Shown: in pieces, positions 48,177 to 58,139 of the stretch | Numbering within the stretch: position 1 is the stretch's first letter | Layout of the letters: the number at the start of each line of letters is the position of its first letter | DNA from: an uncultured Chlamydiae bacterium | Lineage (GTDB): Bacteria > Chlamydiota > Chlamydiia > Chlamydiales > JAJFMB01 | Assembly: GCA_963696295.1 (NCBI GenBank) | Contig: CAVOJR010000001.1 | Location: 3,040,001-3,104,000, forward strand | Direction: 5' to 3' | DNA: 64,000 nt | Notes under the pieces: model-generated | The model's database searches: none | Told to the model about the DNA's origin: nothing | What the model saw: the letters and a program-made list of their open reading frames with translations, nothing else | Program-made: the position numbers and the translations under genes

Positions 48177-49004
48177 ATGACGATCATTGAAAGAGATGGA
48201 TTTCAGCTTCGCTGCAGAATAGAAGGGAATGGCCCGCCCGCCCTTGTCATCGGAAGTTCCGTTTATTACCCGCGCAGCTTTTCGCAAAATTTGAGGAGCC
48301 ATTTAAAGCTAGTCTTTATCGATTGGAGAGGTTTTGCCGAAGGGCCGGCCGACGGAGTGACCTTTGACGCCTTGCTAGATGATGTGGAACAGGTGCGCAG
48401 GCAGCTTGGCCTGCAAACCTGCATAGTGATCGGCCATTCGGCGCACGCGCTATTGGCCCTTGAATATGCGAAAAAATACCCGCAGCACACCTCGCATGTT
48501 GTTATGATCGGCATCTCCCCGAATTTAGGCCCCGGTAATGCCGCCCTGGCCGCGCGCAATTGGCAGGAATCTGTCTGGCCCGAGCGAAAAGCCGCTCTGG
48601 AAGAGAGGATCAGAAGAATGCCCGAAGCGGAGCTTGCCAAACTTTCCCCGGCCGGCCGCTTTGTCGCCTGGTATGTGCGGCGCGATCCGGAGGCCTGGTA
48701 TGACTACACCTTTGATTCTTCCAACCTTTGGGAAGGAGTCGTTCCGAATATGCCCCTTTTCGATTATCTCTATGGCGTTGCCTTGCGCGATCTGGATATC
48801 GCAGCCGGATTAGAGTCCTTTAAAAAGCCTGTATTTCTAGCCCTTGGCCGGTACGATTTTATCGTAGCGCCTCCCAGCGCCTGGGATCCGATCCGGGCCA
48901 AATTTCACGATCTGACCCTGCGGGTCTTTGAGCGAAGCGGCCATTCGCCCCAATACGAGGAGGCCGCTCTCTTTGATGAGGAGCTTCTGCGCTGGCTGAT
49001 TTAA
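48177..49004 (+). CDS. Alpha/beta hydrolase (proline iminopeptidase-like)
   Basis: IDWRG, GHS, GRYD, SGHSP. Confidence 0.85.
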   Translation: MTIIERDGFQLRCRIEGNGPPALVIGSSVYYPRSFSQNLRSHLKLVFIDWRGFAEGPADGVTFDALLDDVEQVRRQLGLQTCIVIGHSAHALLALEYAKKYPQHTSHVVMIGISPNLGPGNAALAARNWQESVWPERKAALEERIRRMPEAELAKLSPAGRFVAWYVRRDPEAWYDYTFDSSNLWEGVVPNMPLFDYLYGVALRDLDIAAGLESFKKPVFLALGRYDFIVAPPSAWDPIRAKFHDLTLRVFERSGHSPQYEEAALFDEELLRWLI

Positions 49005-49027
49005 TAGAATTATGCTATAATAAGAGT

Positions 49028-49753
49028 ATGAATATCACTTCTATTCCGCTTAAAGCGCAAAATTTTTACCTTAGTAGGGTCAAATACCTATTTCTCTACT
49101 TTCATAACAAAAATTGGACATTTTTTGCCTGCGCTATAGCTGCTTTTTTAATAGAACCCTACCACACTCTGAAAGCAGCCTATTTGATGAGGATAAAAAG
49201 AACCGGCAGGAATATAAATCCCGCCTCTTTAACGGCTGATCAGATAAATTTCTCTCCTGTCCTTCTCATCCATGGCGATTCTTCCAATTCAGGGCTCTTT
49301 GCTCCCATGATTCAAAGAATTATTGAAGACAATCCCAATAAGCCCATCTTTACCATTGATTTGGTCAGTCAGAGTGGAATAGTTTCGGAAAAAGAGCATT
49401 TGAGTCTGATTTTGGACAAAGTTTGGGAAATCAGTCAATTATATCCGGCCCTCCCTTCGATTTCCCTTGTGGGTCACTCAAGCGGAGGAGATATATTAGC
49501 GCCTTTAGTTCAGGCGATGGAGAAGGAGAGATTTCCACTCCCTAAAGTGGTGATTAAGATAGGATCCCTTTTCAAAAACCAAGAAGAGTTTATCCTTCAA
49601 ACCACAGTTTTAGAAATTGTGGGAACCAAAGATGTTTTTGAGGGATGCGAATCGCTTTTGCCTAAAAAGCTTGTGGTCGCTTCCGGGCACCTCGGTCTTT
49701 TATTCCATGACGCTGTCTTGGAAAGGGTCTCAAAAGAGATTCATCTTGAGTGA
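49028..49753 (+). CDS. Alpha/beta hydrolase (lipase/esterase-like)
   Basis: LLIHG, GHSSG, GTKD, GHLGL. Confidence 0.8.
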   Translation: MNITSIPLKAQNFYLSRVKYLFLYFHNKNWTFFACAIAAFLIEPYHTLKAAYLMRIKRTGRNINPASLTADQINFSPVLLIHGDSSNSGLFAPMIQRIIEDNPNKPIFTIDLVSQSGIVSEKEHLSLILDKVWEISQLYPALPSISLVGHSSGGDILAPLVQAMEKERFPLPKVVIKIGSLFKNQEEFILQTTVLEIVGTKDVFEGCESLLPKKLVVASGHLGLLFHDAVLERVSKEIHLE

Positions 49754-49765
49754 TTACTCCCTCGC

Positions 49766-50887
49766 CTAAAGGCGAAGGCTTCTAGGGATTACTCCCAGGC
49801 CATCTAATCCGAGGGCCAAAATATTTTGCGCTGCGTTGAAATCCCTCGAGGTTTTATACCCACAAATGACACAACAATGCGTTCTATCGCTGAGTTTTTT
49901 TTCCTCCCGATGTCCACATCGATTGCAATCTTGTGATGTATATGCAGGATTCACCAATCCCAGCTTCCTACCAGCTTCCGCCGCTTTGTAGGTGAGGAAT
50001 TGAAGAAATTGATTCCAGCTTGCGTCTGTAATGCTTTTTGCAAGAAACGACCCTTCTACCATTTTTTTAATATCCAGATCCTCTACGCAGATATATTGAT
50101 ATCGATCAACGATTTTTTTAGATGCTTTGTGACAAAAATCTTTCCTTTTGTTGCTGATTCGTTCATGAATCTTTGCTACAACTTTCCCCTGTTTTCGCCT
50201 TTCTTTTGTCCCTTTATCCATTTTTTCTAGCTTACGCTGAGCTTTTGCAAGTGCTTGTTCTTCAAATTTAAAAAATTTCGGATTGGTAATTTGACCTCCG
50301 TCGGACAAAGTAGCAAAATGCTCAAGCCCAACATCGATGCCTACTGCTTCTTGTTTAGCAACTTGGGGTTCAATATTAACTTCGCATGACAAAGAGACAT
50401 CCCAATCTCCCGAGGCGTTTCTTCTCAATGTACAAGTCTTTACCTCCCCTTCAATTGGACGATGCATTTTTAAACGGATATTACCGATTTTCGATAGTTT
50501 AAGTTCTTTTCCAATAAGTGAAAACCCACTCTGTGGATAGCAAAAACTACTGTATCTATGCATACCGCGAAACCGGGGAAAACCAGGCTTTTCTCCCTGC
50601 CTGCATCTTCGAAAAAAAGCTTGAAAACCTTTATCCAATCGATCTACAACGTTTTGCAATACCTGGGAATGTACTTGGTCAAGAGAGGGCCTTTCATTTT
50701 TTAATAGAGGCAATAGCATGCTTTGTTGATATTTGGACAATGTGATATCGAGTTCTTCGTAAGCCAATATACGTTGACTAAGCAGCTCATTGTAAAGCCA
50801 TCGACACTCGTCAAGCTGGGCTTGTAGCATCTTGGCTTGCTTCTTTGTCGGGTTCAATCTGTATTGAAATGATTTCCGAAATATCAT
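49766..50887 (-). CDS. tnpB: RNA-guided endonuclease TnpB
   Basis: YRLNPT HTH, GIDVG, VEDL, YTSQ.C..CG, C..CG, RDFNAA.NI; all catalytic residues present. Confidence 0.95.
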   Translation of the reverse strand: MIFRKSFQYRLNPTKKQAKMLQAQLDECRWLYNELLSQRILAYEELDITLSKYQQSMLLPLLKNERPSLDQVHSQVLQNVVDRLDKGFQAFFRRCRQGEKPGFPRFRGMHRYSSFCYPQSGFSLIGKELKLSKIGNIRLKMHRPIEGEVKTCTLRRNASGDWDVSLSCEVNIEPQVAKQEAVGIDVGLEHFATLSDGGQITNPKFFKFEEQALAKAQRKLEKMDKGTKERRKQGKVVAKIHERISNKRKDFCHKASKKIVDRYQYICVEDLDIKKMVEGSFLAKSITDASWNQFLQFLTYKAAEAGRKLGLVNPAYTSQDCNRCGHREEKKLSDRTHCCVICGYKTSRDFNAAQNILALGLDGLGVIPRSLRL

Positions 50888-50910
50888 AGGAGTATGATAT
50901 GCTTTGGCCT

Positions 50911-51330
50911 ATGAATACGTCAACAGATTTAAGAAGAGGTAGAACGTGTGTTTTTCTCATGCATGTTCATTTGGTCTTTGTCACAAAATTTCGAAGAAAA
51001 GTTTTTTCCAGGCAGATACTCGAGGAATTAAGAACAATTTTCGTTAATGTATGTAATGACTTTGAAGCCCAATTGGTTGAATTTGAAGGAGAAGATGATC
51101 ATGTTCATCTTCTTGTCAACTATCCACCCAAAGTAGCCGTCTCAAAATTAGTGAATTGTTTGAAAGGTGTTTCTTCAAGATTAATTCGCAAACAAGAGTA
51201 TCCAAGCATTCGACATGCTCTGTGGGGAGGAAGTCTTTGGTCCCCCAGTTATTTTGCAGGGGCTTGCGGAGGGGCACCACTCGAGGTAATAAGGCAATAT
51301 ATTGAGCAACAACAATCTCCCCAAATTTAA
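50911..51330 (+). CDS. tnpA: IS200 family Y1 HUH transposase
   Basis: HLVFVTKFRR, DHVHLL, LKGVSSR, LWSPSYF, YIEQQ. Confidence 0.96.
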   Translation: MNTSTDLRRGRTCVFLMHVHLVFVTKFRRKVFSRQILEELRTIFVNVCNDFEAQLVEFEGEDDHVHLLVNYPPKVAVSKLVNCLKGVSSRLIRKQEYPSIRHALWGGSLWSPSYFAGACGGAPLEVIRQYIEQQQSPQI

Positions 51331-51429
51331 TTGGCGCGATTCATCTCGGACCTAAAGGACCGAGTTTTCTCGCGTCGGAGGATAAAACTTAAATTACAAT
51401 GCCATCATTAAGCATCATCGAAGTTAAAT

Positions 51430-51654
51430 TATCATACGTTTTACCTTCAAATTTTCGTCCTCACTCGTGCCTTGCCTATCGGCAATGGTCACTTGTTCCG
51501 GACAAAAATAGCCTCCTTGCATGAATTCCCGACTCTAAAAGTTGTTAGGGTATAGAATGCTGAAAACAGATCTTCGGCTGCCCTTTATCATTTGACGGCT
51601 TCTTGGGGATTTTTATCGATCCCTGTGCCACACAAGGTAAAACGTTTGGGTATA
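51430..51654. mobile_element. Longer composite palindromic element of the same family
   Basis: Core is the reverse complement of 37653-37706 with few mismatches; GGGTATA ends at 51554 and 51654; ACGTTTTACCTT inverted repeat at about 51436 and 51634. Confidence 0.7.
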
Positions 51655-51710
51655 AAGCAAAGAAGCGTAGCAGCAGCCTGGCTTTCTGACCTGGTGTTTG
51701 AAAAAAAATG

Positions 51711-51741
51711 AGCCGCAATTTAAACCAGTTAAATTGCGGCT
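51711..51741 (-). terminator. Intrinsic terminator of hctB
   Basis: AGCCGCAATTTAA...TTAAATTGCGGCT with U tract on the minus strand. Confidence 0.75.
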
Positions 51742-51777
51742 GCATGTCAAATTACACAAAGCGACAGATCTCAGATC

Positions 51778-52416
51778 TTATCTAGCTCTTCTTTTTGCAG
51801 AATGATGAGAATGTTTTCTTACAATTCTTTTTGCAGAAGGTCTTCTTACAACTCTTTTAGTTGTAGTGCTATGTTTTTTGGCAGCTGTGTGTTTTTTAGG
51901 AGCTGCATGTTTTTTTGCAACATGCTTTTTAGGAGCAGCTTTTTTTGCAACGTGCTTCTTAGGAGCAGCTTTTTTAGCCACATGCTTTTTAGGAGCAGCT
52001 TTTTTAGCAACATGCTTCTTAGGAGCAGCTTTTTTTGCAACGTGCTTCTTAGGAGCGGCTTTTTTTGCAACATGCTTCTTAGGAGCAGCTTTTTTAGCAA
52101 CATGCTTTTTAGGAGCGGCTTTTTTAGCTACGTGCTTCTTAGGAGCAGCTTTTTTTGCAACGTGCTTCTTAGGAGCAGCTTTTTTAGCGACATGCTTTTT
52201 AGGAGCAGCTTTTTTAGCGACATGCTTTTTAGGAGCGGCTTTTTTAGCAACATGCTTTTTAGGAGCGGCTTTTTTAGCTGTAGTTTTTTTCACTGCTTTT
52301 TTCTTAGCAGCTGTTTTTTTCGCAGGTTTATGTGCGACGGTTTCACCAATAACATGGTGTTCATGGAGTTCCGAAATCTCATGTTTCTTCGATTTCGTAC
52401 GTTTAGATAACGACAT
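51778..52416 (-). CDS. hctB: Histone H1-like protein Hc2
   Basis: About 12 copies of KKAAPKKHVA (30-bp period); GAGGGG SD; chlamydial context. Confidence 0.75.
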   Translation of the reverse strand: MSLSKRTKSKKHEISELHEHHVIGETVAHKPAKKTAAKKKAVKKTTAKKAAPKKHVAKKAAPKKHVAKKAAPKKHVAKKAAPKKHVAKKAAPKKHVAKKAAPKKHVAKKAAPKKHVAKKAAPKKHVAKKAAPKKHVAKKAAPKKHVAKKAAPKKHVAKKAAPKKHVAKKHAAPKKHTAAKKHSTTTKRVVRRPSAKRIVRKHSHHSAKRRAR

Positions 52417-52564
52417 ATGACCCCCTCAATTTAAAGTCGTATATACCCTCATTTTAATATCTTTTACTGCATTAATTTAAAGAACTAATTTTAATTTGCT
52501 CTTATTATACTTATTATCAATGAGATGCAATGGAAATTTTTGTGCAGTTTTTGCGAAAAAAAAT

Positions 52565-52592
52565 CGTTCAGGCTCAAAAATGAGCCTGAACG
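52565..52592 (-). terminator. Intrinsic terminator
   Basis: CGTTCAGGCTCA-aaaa-TGAGCCTGAACG with U tract on the minus strand. Confidence 0.75.
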
Positions 52593-52598
52593 GAGCCT

Positions 52599-54404
52599 TT
52601 AACGGCTCACTTGGATGGGAATTGTTTGAGTTGAGCTCGTTCCGCCCGTATTGTAGGCGATCACCGTGATTTGATGATCACCCGCACTCAAATGACCCGT
52701 TTGGATCAGCGCCTGATAAGGACTGGTCTTATGGGTCGAATGCAAATTGGAATCGATATAGAATTCCACGCGGTCAATGCCTTGGGCATCTGACGCTTTA
52801 GCGACTACCCAAAAATAATTGCGCACGGTTTGATTCGGCGCTGGCGATGTAACGGAAAGCTGCGGGGGCGCGCTCTGGGGCAGCGACCCGTTGGCAATAT
52901 CGTAGTCGATATAAACACTTTTCCGGTTATTGTCGCATACCAAAGGCGTATGGGTGCAGTTGACCTGTTTGTTATTGACATTGTCAATCAGGGTAAAGGA
53001 CTGCAATGTCGTTGGCCTGCCTTTTTGGTTATCTCCGACAATGAGGTAGAAGCGTTGCATCGGCTCGTTGACGGCTGAAATAAGGTCTGATAAATCCATG
53101 GCGAAGGTGGCTGTCTGGTTGCTCTTTGGCGCTGTGCCGTCAAACCTGTAATTCCCGCCCTGATGCAGCAGAGGGAAGCTTTGAATGGTTTTCACTGGCG
53201 TCGTGGTTTCCGTGCCGGAGATCCCGACCCAGATGGCAATTTGATCCCTCTCCGATTGCGTCAGGGAAAATTGGGCGATCAGTTTCGGCGTATAGGCTTG
53301 CGCCAAAGGTACGACCGTGACGACATTGGAATTCAACGCATCGCCAAGCGGCACACGCCCCTGATTTGGCCCGTTTGCCACCGCCGATTGGGCTAAAAAG
53401 GCGTCATAGGCGACCCACACAAAGCCGGCGTTGCCCCACTCGGCTCCCCAGGAATTGGCGATCAGGAACGCCCCTTTTTCTCCCTCATCCACCTCGCCAT
53501 TATTGTTAATGTCGATCCAGATATTGTCGTCATAACCGACAATGGTCATGCAATGCCCTCCGTTATAGCCATTCATCCAGGCGGCCGCGAGTTCCCCCGC
53601 ATGAGGATTGTTTTCTTCTGAGGGGTCGGCCTGAACATAAGCAAACACCCAGGAGTCGACATAAGTGCCGAACGTGAGGACGTGGCCGTTATTCAGCAGT
53701 TGTTTGATCGCCTGCAGATTTTGCGTGGAGCCTCCAATACCTGCAACCAGGTGGGCGGGATTGGTGCGGCTGTTGAGGGCCGTGATCCAATCCTGAGGGT
53801 GAAGATCCCAGGCGCGGTAGTTTGTGTCATAGGGGAAAGTCGCAAGGCTGCCGTAACCGCTTTGCGCAAACAACTGGTAGGTAGAGAAGATGTCCAATCC
53901 CCCATCAACCCCCTTATTTAGAAGATTATAGGTCCACTTAGGGGAAAAGATGCTGTTTGAAGGGGATTTGTTATTGATCCCGTTCACCAGTCCATATTCA
54001 TGCGTTCCCTGATAATACGTTGAGCCGAAAGCCACGCAAGAGCCGAGCTGCCCCTGATCCCCGATCGGTGGGAAGCTGGGCAATTCGCTATTGTCTACGC
54101 TTTCTGGCAGCGGGCCGCCGGCTGCAATGCCGGACATATCCGGCTTGCCCTGGACAGTGACCAGTTCATCGACTTCCTCGGATTCTGCTGCTTCCAAACC
54201 AAGATGGGTTCTGATTCTTTCCGCGCCCACTTTATTAGGGTTGGCCCCTATGACAAAGTGCCAGTTCGCCTCAACATCCTTGAGGGTTTCATGGGTAGCG
54301 GGATGGAGCCCGCGGCCCTTGTGTTCGCCATGCGCGTCTACCGGGGAATAATAGCTTCCCAAGAGGACTGTGAAGGCAAAAATGGTCTTCAGATTAATAT
54401 TCAT
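52599..54404 (-). CDS. Secreted papain-like (C1) cysteine peptidase with C-terminal Ig-like domain
   Basis: Signal peptide; DQGQLGSCVAF, GGHCMTIVGYDD, NSWG..WG..G; ASDAQGIDRVEFY..G.H..TV.AY. Confidence 0.9.
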   Translation of the reverse strand: MNINLKTIFAFTVLLGSYYSPVDAHGEHKGRGLHPATHETLKDVEANWHFVIGANPNKVGAERIRTHLGLEAAESEEVDELVTVQGKPDMSGIAAGGPLPESVDNSELPSFPPIGDQGQLGSCVAFGSTYYQGTHEYGLVNGINNKSPSNSIFSPKWTYNLLNKGVDGGLDIFSTYQLFAQSGYGSLATFPYDTNYRAWDLHPQDWITALNSRTNPAHLVAGIGGSTQNLQAIKQLLNNGHVLTFGTYVDSWVFAYVQADPSEENNPHAGELAAAWMNGYNGGHCMTIVGYDDNIWIDINNNGEVDEGEKGAFLIANSWGAEWGNAGFVWVAYDAFLAQSAVANGPNQGRVPLGDALNSNVVTVVPLAQAYTPKLIAQFSLTQSERDQIAIWVGISGTETTTPVKTIQSFPLLHQGGNYRFDGTAPKSNQTATFAMDLSDLISAVNEPMQRFYLIVGDNQKGRPTTLQSFTLIDNVNNKQVNCTHTPLVCDNNRKSVYIDYDIANGSLPQSAPPQLSVTSPAPNQTVRNYFWVVAKASDAQGIDRVEFYIDSNLHSTHKTSPYQALIQTGHLSAGDHQITVIAYNTGGTSSTQTIPIQVSR

Positions 54405-54479
54405 GTATACCTCGTTAAACTCCGTTTGGAGTCTATAAAATATAGAGAATCAAAATTTGAGTTGTCAAATAGTTTTTTT

Positions 54480-55973
54480 TTACATCCTCCCCGAAGCAGT
54501 CAGGATAACGCGCGCCCTGTTTCCCGGAATATAGTGATAGGGTATGATCGTTTGTTCGACAATGGAAACGCATTCGGCGTTTGCCCCCTTTTTACAGGCG
54601 TCCTCTTTGGCTTTCTCTTGCAGGAGGGAGAGCGTTTTTTGCCGGTCAGAGAGATCAACCACTGTGTCGAGTGTGCTCGACACCTCAGCCATGGCTGCGC
54701 CATAGGCGTTCGCCACGGAGGCGTGCTGCGGGATGATCGCCCCTTTGATGGGCAGCAGCGGAGCCCCTCCCCCGATCAGGACGACGGGAAGCTCTTTTTC
54801 TCCAAGGGAGATTTTTTCAATCAGCTGACTGACCGCAGAGCTTCCCTCTTGAATAATCCGGCTGCAGGCGCTTAAAGGGAGGTCGACAAGCTCCGGCATT
54901 GCCCCTGGAATGTGGATACTCCCCATCTTCAAGGCTATGTCGGTCAGGGTTAATTGAGCGCCTCCAAAGCAGACCCCTTCCTGAAGCAGGCGGCGGCTTA
55001 AAGATTGGGGGCCTATGCCGGGTGTTTGTCTTAAGTGGATATGGCTTCCCCCGCCAAGAGCGATCGCCTGTACGTCGGGAAGGGAGTCGCTCAAACAAAC
55101 CCCGCCTATGGCCGATTGCTTGAGGCATCTTCTGGGATACCCGTGCCGGACGATCCCGATGTCGGTTGATGTGCCTCCGATATCCACGACGATGGCATTG
55201 CTCAGCCCGGCTAATTTGGCGCCGCCGACAAAAGAGTTTGTGGGTCCGGCCGACAGGGTGCGGATCGGAAATTTGAGGGCGGTTTCCAGATCGAAGAGGC
55301 TGCCGTTGTTTTGCGTGAGAAAAAGAGGACAGCTGTACCCGAGTTCGGCGGCTTTTTTCTTAAGATCGTTGAACCCTTGCTCCAGGATTTTTCCAAGAGC
55401 GGCATTCAGAATGGCCCCGTTTTCCCTTTCCACAATTCCCATTCCCGCAATTTCGTGCGACAAGGTGACCGGCAGGCGGCCGGCAGCGATCTGTCTCACC
55501 TCGTTTTCCTGCCAGGGATTTAAAGGGGAAAAAGTCCCGACTACAGCCAGCGCTTCCACCCCCAAATCGGCCAGGCGGGCGATTCCCGTTTCTATCTCTT
55601 TCTCATCTAGCGGCGTTATTTCCGATCCATCGCAATTGTAGCCGCCGTTCACGGTGAGAGCCGGCGCGCCGATAGCCTCTTTCAGGGGCTTTGGCCAATG
55701 CATGCAGCTGGGAAGGGTATCAGGGAAGTGGCCTGCCAGCCGGATCACGCCGACTTTGGCCAGCCCTCTTCGCTCTAAAATGGCGTTGGTGGCATGGGTG
55801 GTGCCGATGATGATCGACCGGATATTTTCTTGCGGCAGCCCCTCCAAGGCCTTTTGAAAGCCGGTTACAATGTCGGGGGTTGTTCCCGTTTTATAAGAAG
55901 CGATGATCCGGTCTTGCCCGTCCACTAAAACGGCGTCGGTATTGGTTCCGCCTATGTCTATTCCTATTCTCAT
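54480..55973 (-). CDS. Hydantoinase/oxoprolinase family protein
   Basis: IGIDIGGTNTD, GTTHATNA, VDIGGTSTD, ANAYGAA. Confidence 0.92.
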   Translation of the reverse strand: MRIGIDIGGTNTDAVLVDGQDRIIASYKTGTTPDIVTGFQKALEGLPQENIRSIIIGTTHATNAILERRGLAKVGVIRLAGHFPDTLPSCMHWPKPLKEAIGAPALTVNGGYNCDGSEITPLDEKEIETGIARLADLGVEALAVVGTFSPLNPWQENEVRQIAAGRLPVTLSHEIAGMGIVERENGAILNAALGKILEQGFNDLKKKAAELGYSCPLFLTQNNGSLFDLETALKFPIRTLSAGPTNSFVGGAKLAGLSNAIVVDIGGTSTDIGIVRHGYPRRCLKQSAIGGVCLSDSLPDVQAIALGGGSHIHLRQTPGIGPQSLSRRLLQEGVCFGGAQLTLTDIALKMGSIHIPGAMPELVDLPLSACSRIIQEGSSAVSQLIEKISLGEKELPVVLIGGGAPLLPIKGAIIPQHASVANAYGAAMAEVSSTLDTVVDLSDRQKTLSLLQEKAKEDACKKGANAECVSIVEQTIIPYHYIPGNRARVILTASGRM

Positions 55974-56980
55974 GATAAATCTCCAAAATTTGAGGGTCCA
56001 ACAAGTTTAAGCCCTTCAGGTGTTTTCCAAATTGCCGGGCTTGGCAACCGGACCAGAAGGACGCGCAAACCGAAAAGGAGCGATTCGCTTGAAATGGGGA
56101 TGGCCGACTCCTCCTCGATAAGCAGCAGAATATCGGGGGTGGCTCCTAGCAGGAGATCTCCTCTTTTTGCCAAAAGGTATTCATTTTGGTAATGCACCCT
56201 GGCGGCAGAATTCCCTTCATCGATCAGAAGGCTTCCTCGCAAAAATCCCCCTTCGACCCGGTGGTCGATATCGACAATTTTTCCCCTTGCCAAGACTTCA
56301 GCGCTTTTTAAAAACGGCTCGATCCCCTGCTGCAGGGCCGATCCGAGATGGAGCGCGTGGGTGTAGCTGCCCGCGATTGCGCCAGTGCGAAGCTGCTTTC
56401 CCCGCATGAGGTAGATGGAAAAGAGGGCGTTCGATCCCATCTCCACGGTGATCCTTCTCCCTTCCGCTTCAAGTTCCAGGCTGTCCTTTGGGTAAATGAC
56501 TTCCACGCGGCCAAACGGATCGGCTAAAAAGGCGGGAGTTGGGGAGATCCCGCGCAGGTGACAGGAACTCATCTGCAGCTCAGGAAAAGCGCGCCCTAGC
56601 GTATCTGCATCGACCACCGGCAGACCCAGCATCGCCCCCATCATGAGAGGGGTAAAAGCGTTCGCTCCCCCGATCTCAGCGGGCATCAGGAAGGCGGGAG
56701 GCTCTCCTGCGACCTCTGCAATTGACCGGATCAGAGCTTCAAACTCCTTTCCGCTCGGATAGCGCTCCAAAGTCACCAGCGGCGCTCCCATAAAGCCCAC
56801 GGGGGCGACGAGGGCCTCATCCGGAACTTCGGAGAGGCTGACTAACTCCACATCCCCAAACTTCTCCATCATCCGCTCTGTCATCATCAGGTCGTAGCGG
56901 GGATCTCCCCCTCCTCCTGAGCCCAGAATGGAGCACCCTAAAGCCAAAGTGGCCAGATCATTCTGCGTTAACTTTTTCAC
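55970..56980 (-). CDS. DUF917 family protein
   Basis: LGSGGGGDP, MGAP...E, EIGGAN, DAD.LGRAFPELQM, QNEYL. Confidence 0.9.
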   Translation of the reverse strand: MKKLTQNDLATLALGCSILGSGGGGDPRYDLMMTERMMEKFGDVELVSLSEVPDEALVAPVGFMGAPLVTLERYPSGKEFEALIRSIAEVAGEPPAFLMPAEIGGANAFTPLMMGAMLGLPVVDADTLGRAFPELQMSSCHLRGISPTPAFLADPFGRVEVIYPKDSLELEAEGRRITVEMGSNALFSIYLMRGKQLRTGAIAGSYTHALHLGSALQQGIEPFLKSAEVLARGKIVDIDHRVEGGFLRGSLLIDEGNSAARVHYQNEYLLAKRGDLLLGATPDILLLIEEESAIPISSESLLFGLRVLLVRLPSPAIWKTPEGLKLVGPSNFGDLS

Positions 56981-58139
56981 GAAAACCTCCAGGTAATATT
57001 AATACGGCCGCTATGGCCATTAAAAAAGCATCAAACTGAGGAATGCTTGTGAGATTCCCCAGCCCGAAAAGAGTAAAAATCCCAACTGTAGCACCCGCCC
57101 CCCAAGAGAAAAAATTAATGAGGAACGAGGCCTGTTTTCGGCCGGTGATGTAGCGGATCATCACCACCGCCCCCATCGCCGTCACGGCTACCCCCATCAA
57201 TTCCAGGATTTTCTCGAAATGGCGCAGGGCGTCGAGGCACCCGAGCAGGGAGCCCGCTCCGCCGGCGATCAGGGCTGAGGATCCCTCGGACAGCCTGGGA
57301 ACGACAGCCTTTAGGCTGGCGACGCTGGAAAAAAGGTTCGTCGCATTCGTCGTCCATCCCGCCAGTATCAAAAATAAGGCGATCCAAAGAGTGTAAAATG
57401 TTCCTCCATCCCCTTTTAAAACCTCGATGATATCCCCGTGCAGAAAGCGGGCGGAAAGGAGGACCCCAGCCCCCTCAATCAAGGGGATGATCAAAATGAA
57501 AAGAAGGGTGATGGATAAATAAGCATCTTTTGCCGATTTAGCATGCCGAAAATAGGTTGGCAGGTCCACCACGACCCCGATCGCCACCGCGATCACAAGG
57601 GAAACTGCGGAAGCGTTGAAGGCGAGGGAGAGGTCGAGACCGCCTCCTTGCCGGCTAAACACGGCATAGCCGAGCGTCCCCACCAGCAAGGGGGCGCTTA
57701 AGTCGGAAAGGAGGGAAAGGGAGCGCATGCCCTTCATTGCCGTTGCGGTGATCATCGCTCCGATGAGGCTGTTTACCAGGAGAAAAAGTCCCCCCTCCCC
57801 CGCCGTGTTAAAAATTTTTAGCACGCTGAGGGTAATCAGATTCAGCTGAATCGCAAACCAGCCGGTCATGGAAATGGCCATCACGCAGGCAAAGAGGGCC
57901 CCTCCAAGGGGGCCGAAGTATTCTTTTGCGTTCTCCATGGTGGTTTTTCTATTTTCCAGCGCCATCTTTGCGGTGATGAGCGCGAGTAACAACAGAAATA
58001 GATTGCCGGCGATAATCGCAAGGCATGCAGGGACAACACCATGATGCTGTACCAGAATCGTTCCGATCATGATGGTTGGCAGGCACACAGCCCCTCCCAA
58101 CTGGATCGTGGTCAGTTTTAGCCAGTTTTGTTCCGACAT
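56958..58139 (-). CDS. NCS1/cytosine permease-like transporter
   Basis: Multi-TM; GWFAIQ, WTTN..NL; in operon with DUF917 and hydantoinase genes. Confidence 0.82.
   Translation of the reverse strand: MSEQNWLKLTTIQLGGAVCLPTIMIGTILVQHHGVVPACLAIIAGNLFLLLLALITAKMALENRKTTMENAKEYFGPLGGALFACVMAISMTGWFAIQLNLITLSVLKIFNTAGEGGLFLLVNSLIGAMITATAMKGMRSLSLLSDLSAPLLVGTLGYAVFSRQGGGLDLSLAFNASAVSLVIAVAIGVVVDLPTYFRHAKSAKDAYLSITLLFILIIPLIEGAGVLLSARFLHGDIIEVLKGDGGTFYTLWIALFLILAGWTTNATNLFSSVASLKAVVPRLSEGSSALIAGGAGSLLGCLDALRHFEKILELMGVAVTAMGAVVMIRYITGRKQASFLINFFSWGAGATVGIFTLFGLGNLTSIPQFDAFLMAIAAVLILPGGFREKVNAE

Larger units (their letters stand above)
49750..51381 (-). mobile_element. IS200/IS605-family element with divergent tnpA and tnpB
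   Basis: Terminal hairpins sharing CCTAAAGG; right end TCAC with GAAG guide; left flank TTTAT with AAAA guide; empty site restores GAA TAA. Confidence 0.9.

Noticed and set aside
51802..52420. Long plus-strand ORFs over hctB
   Set aside because: Antisense shadows of the 30-bp repeat; the minus-strand gene has an SD and a terminator.
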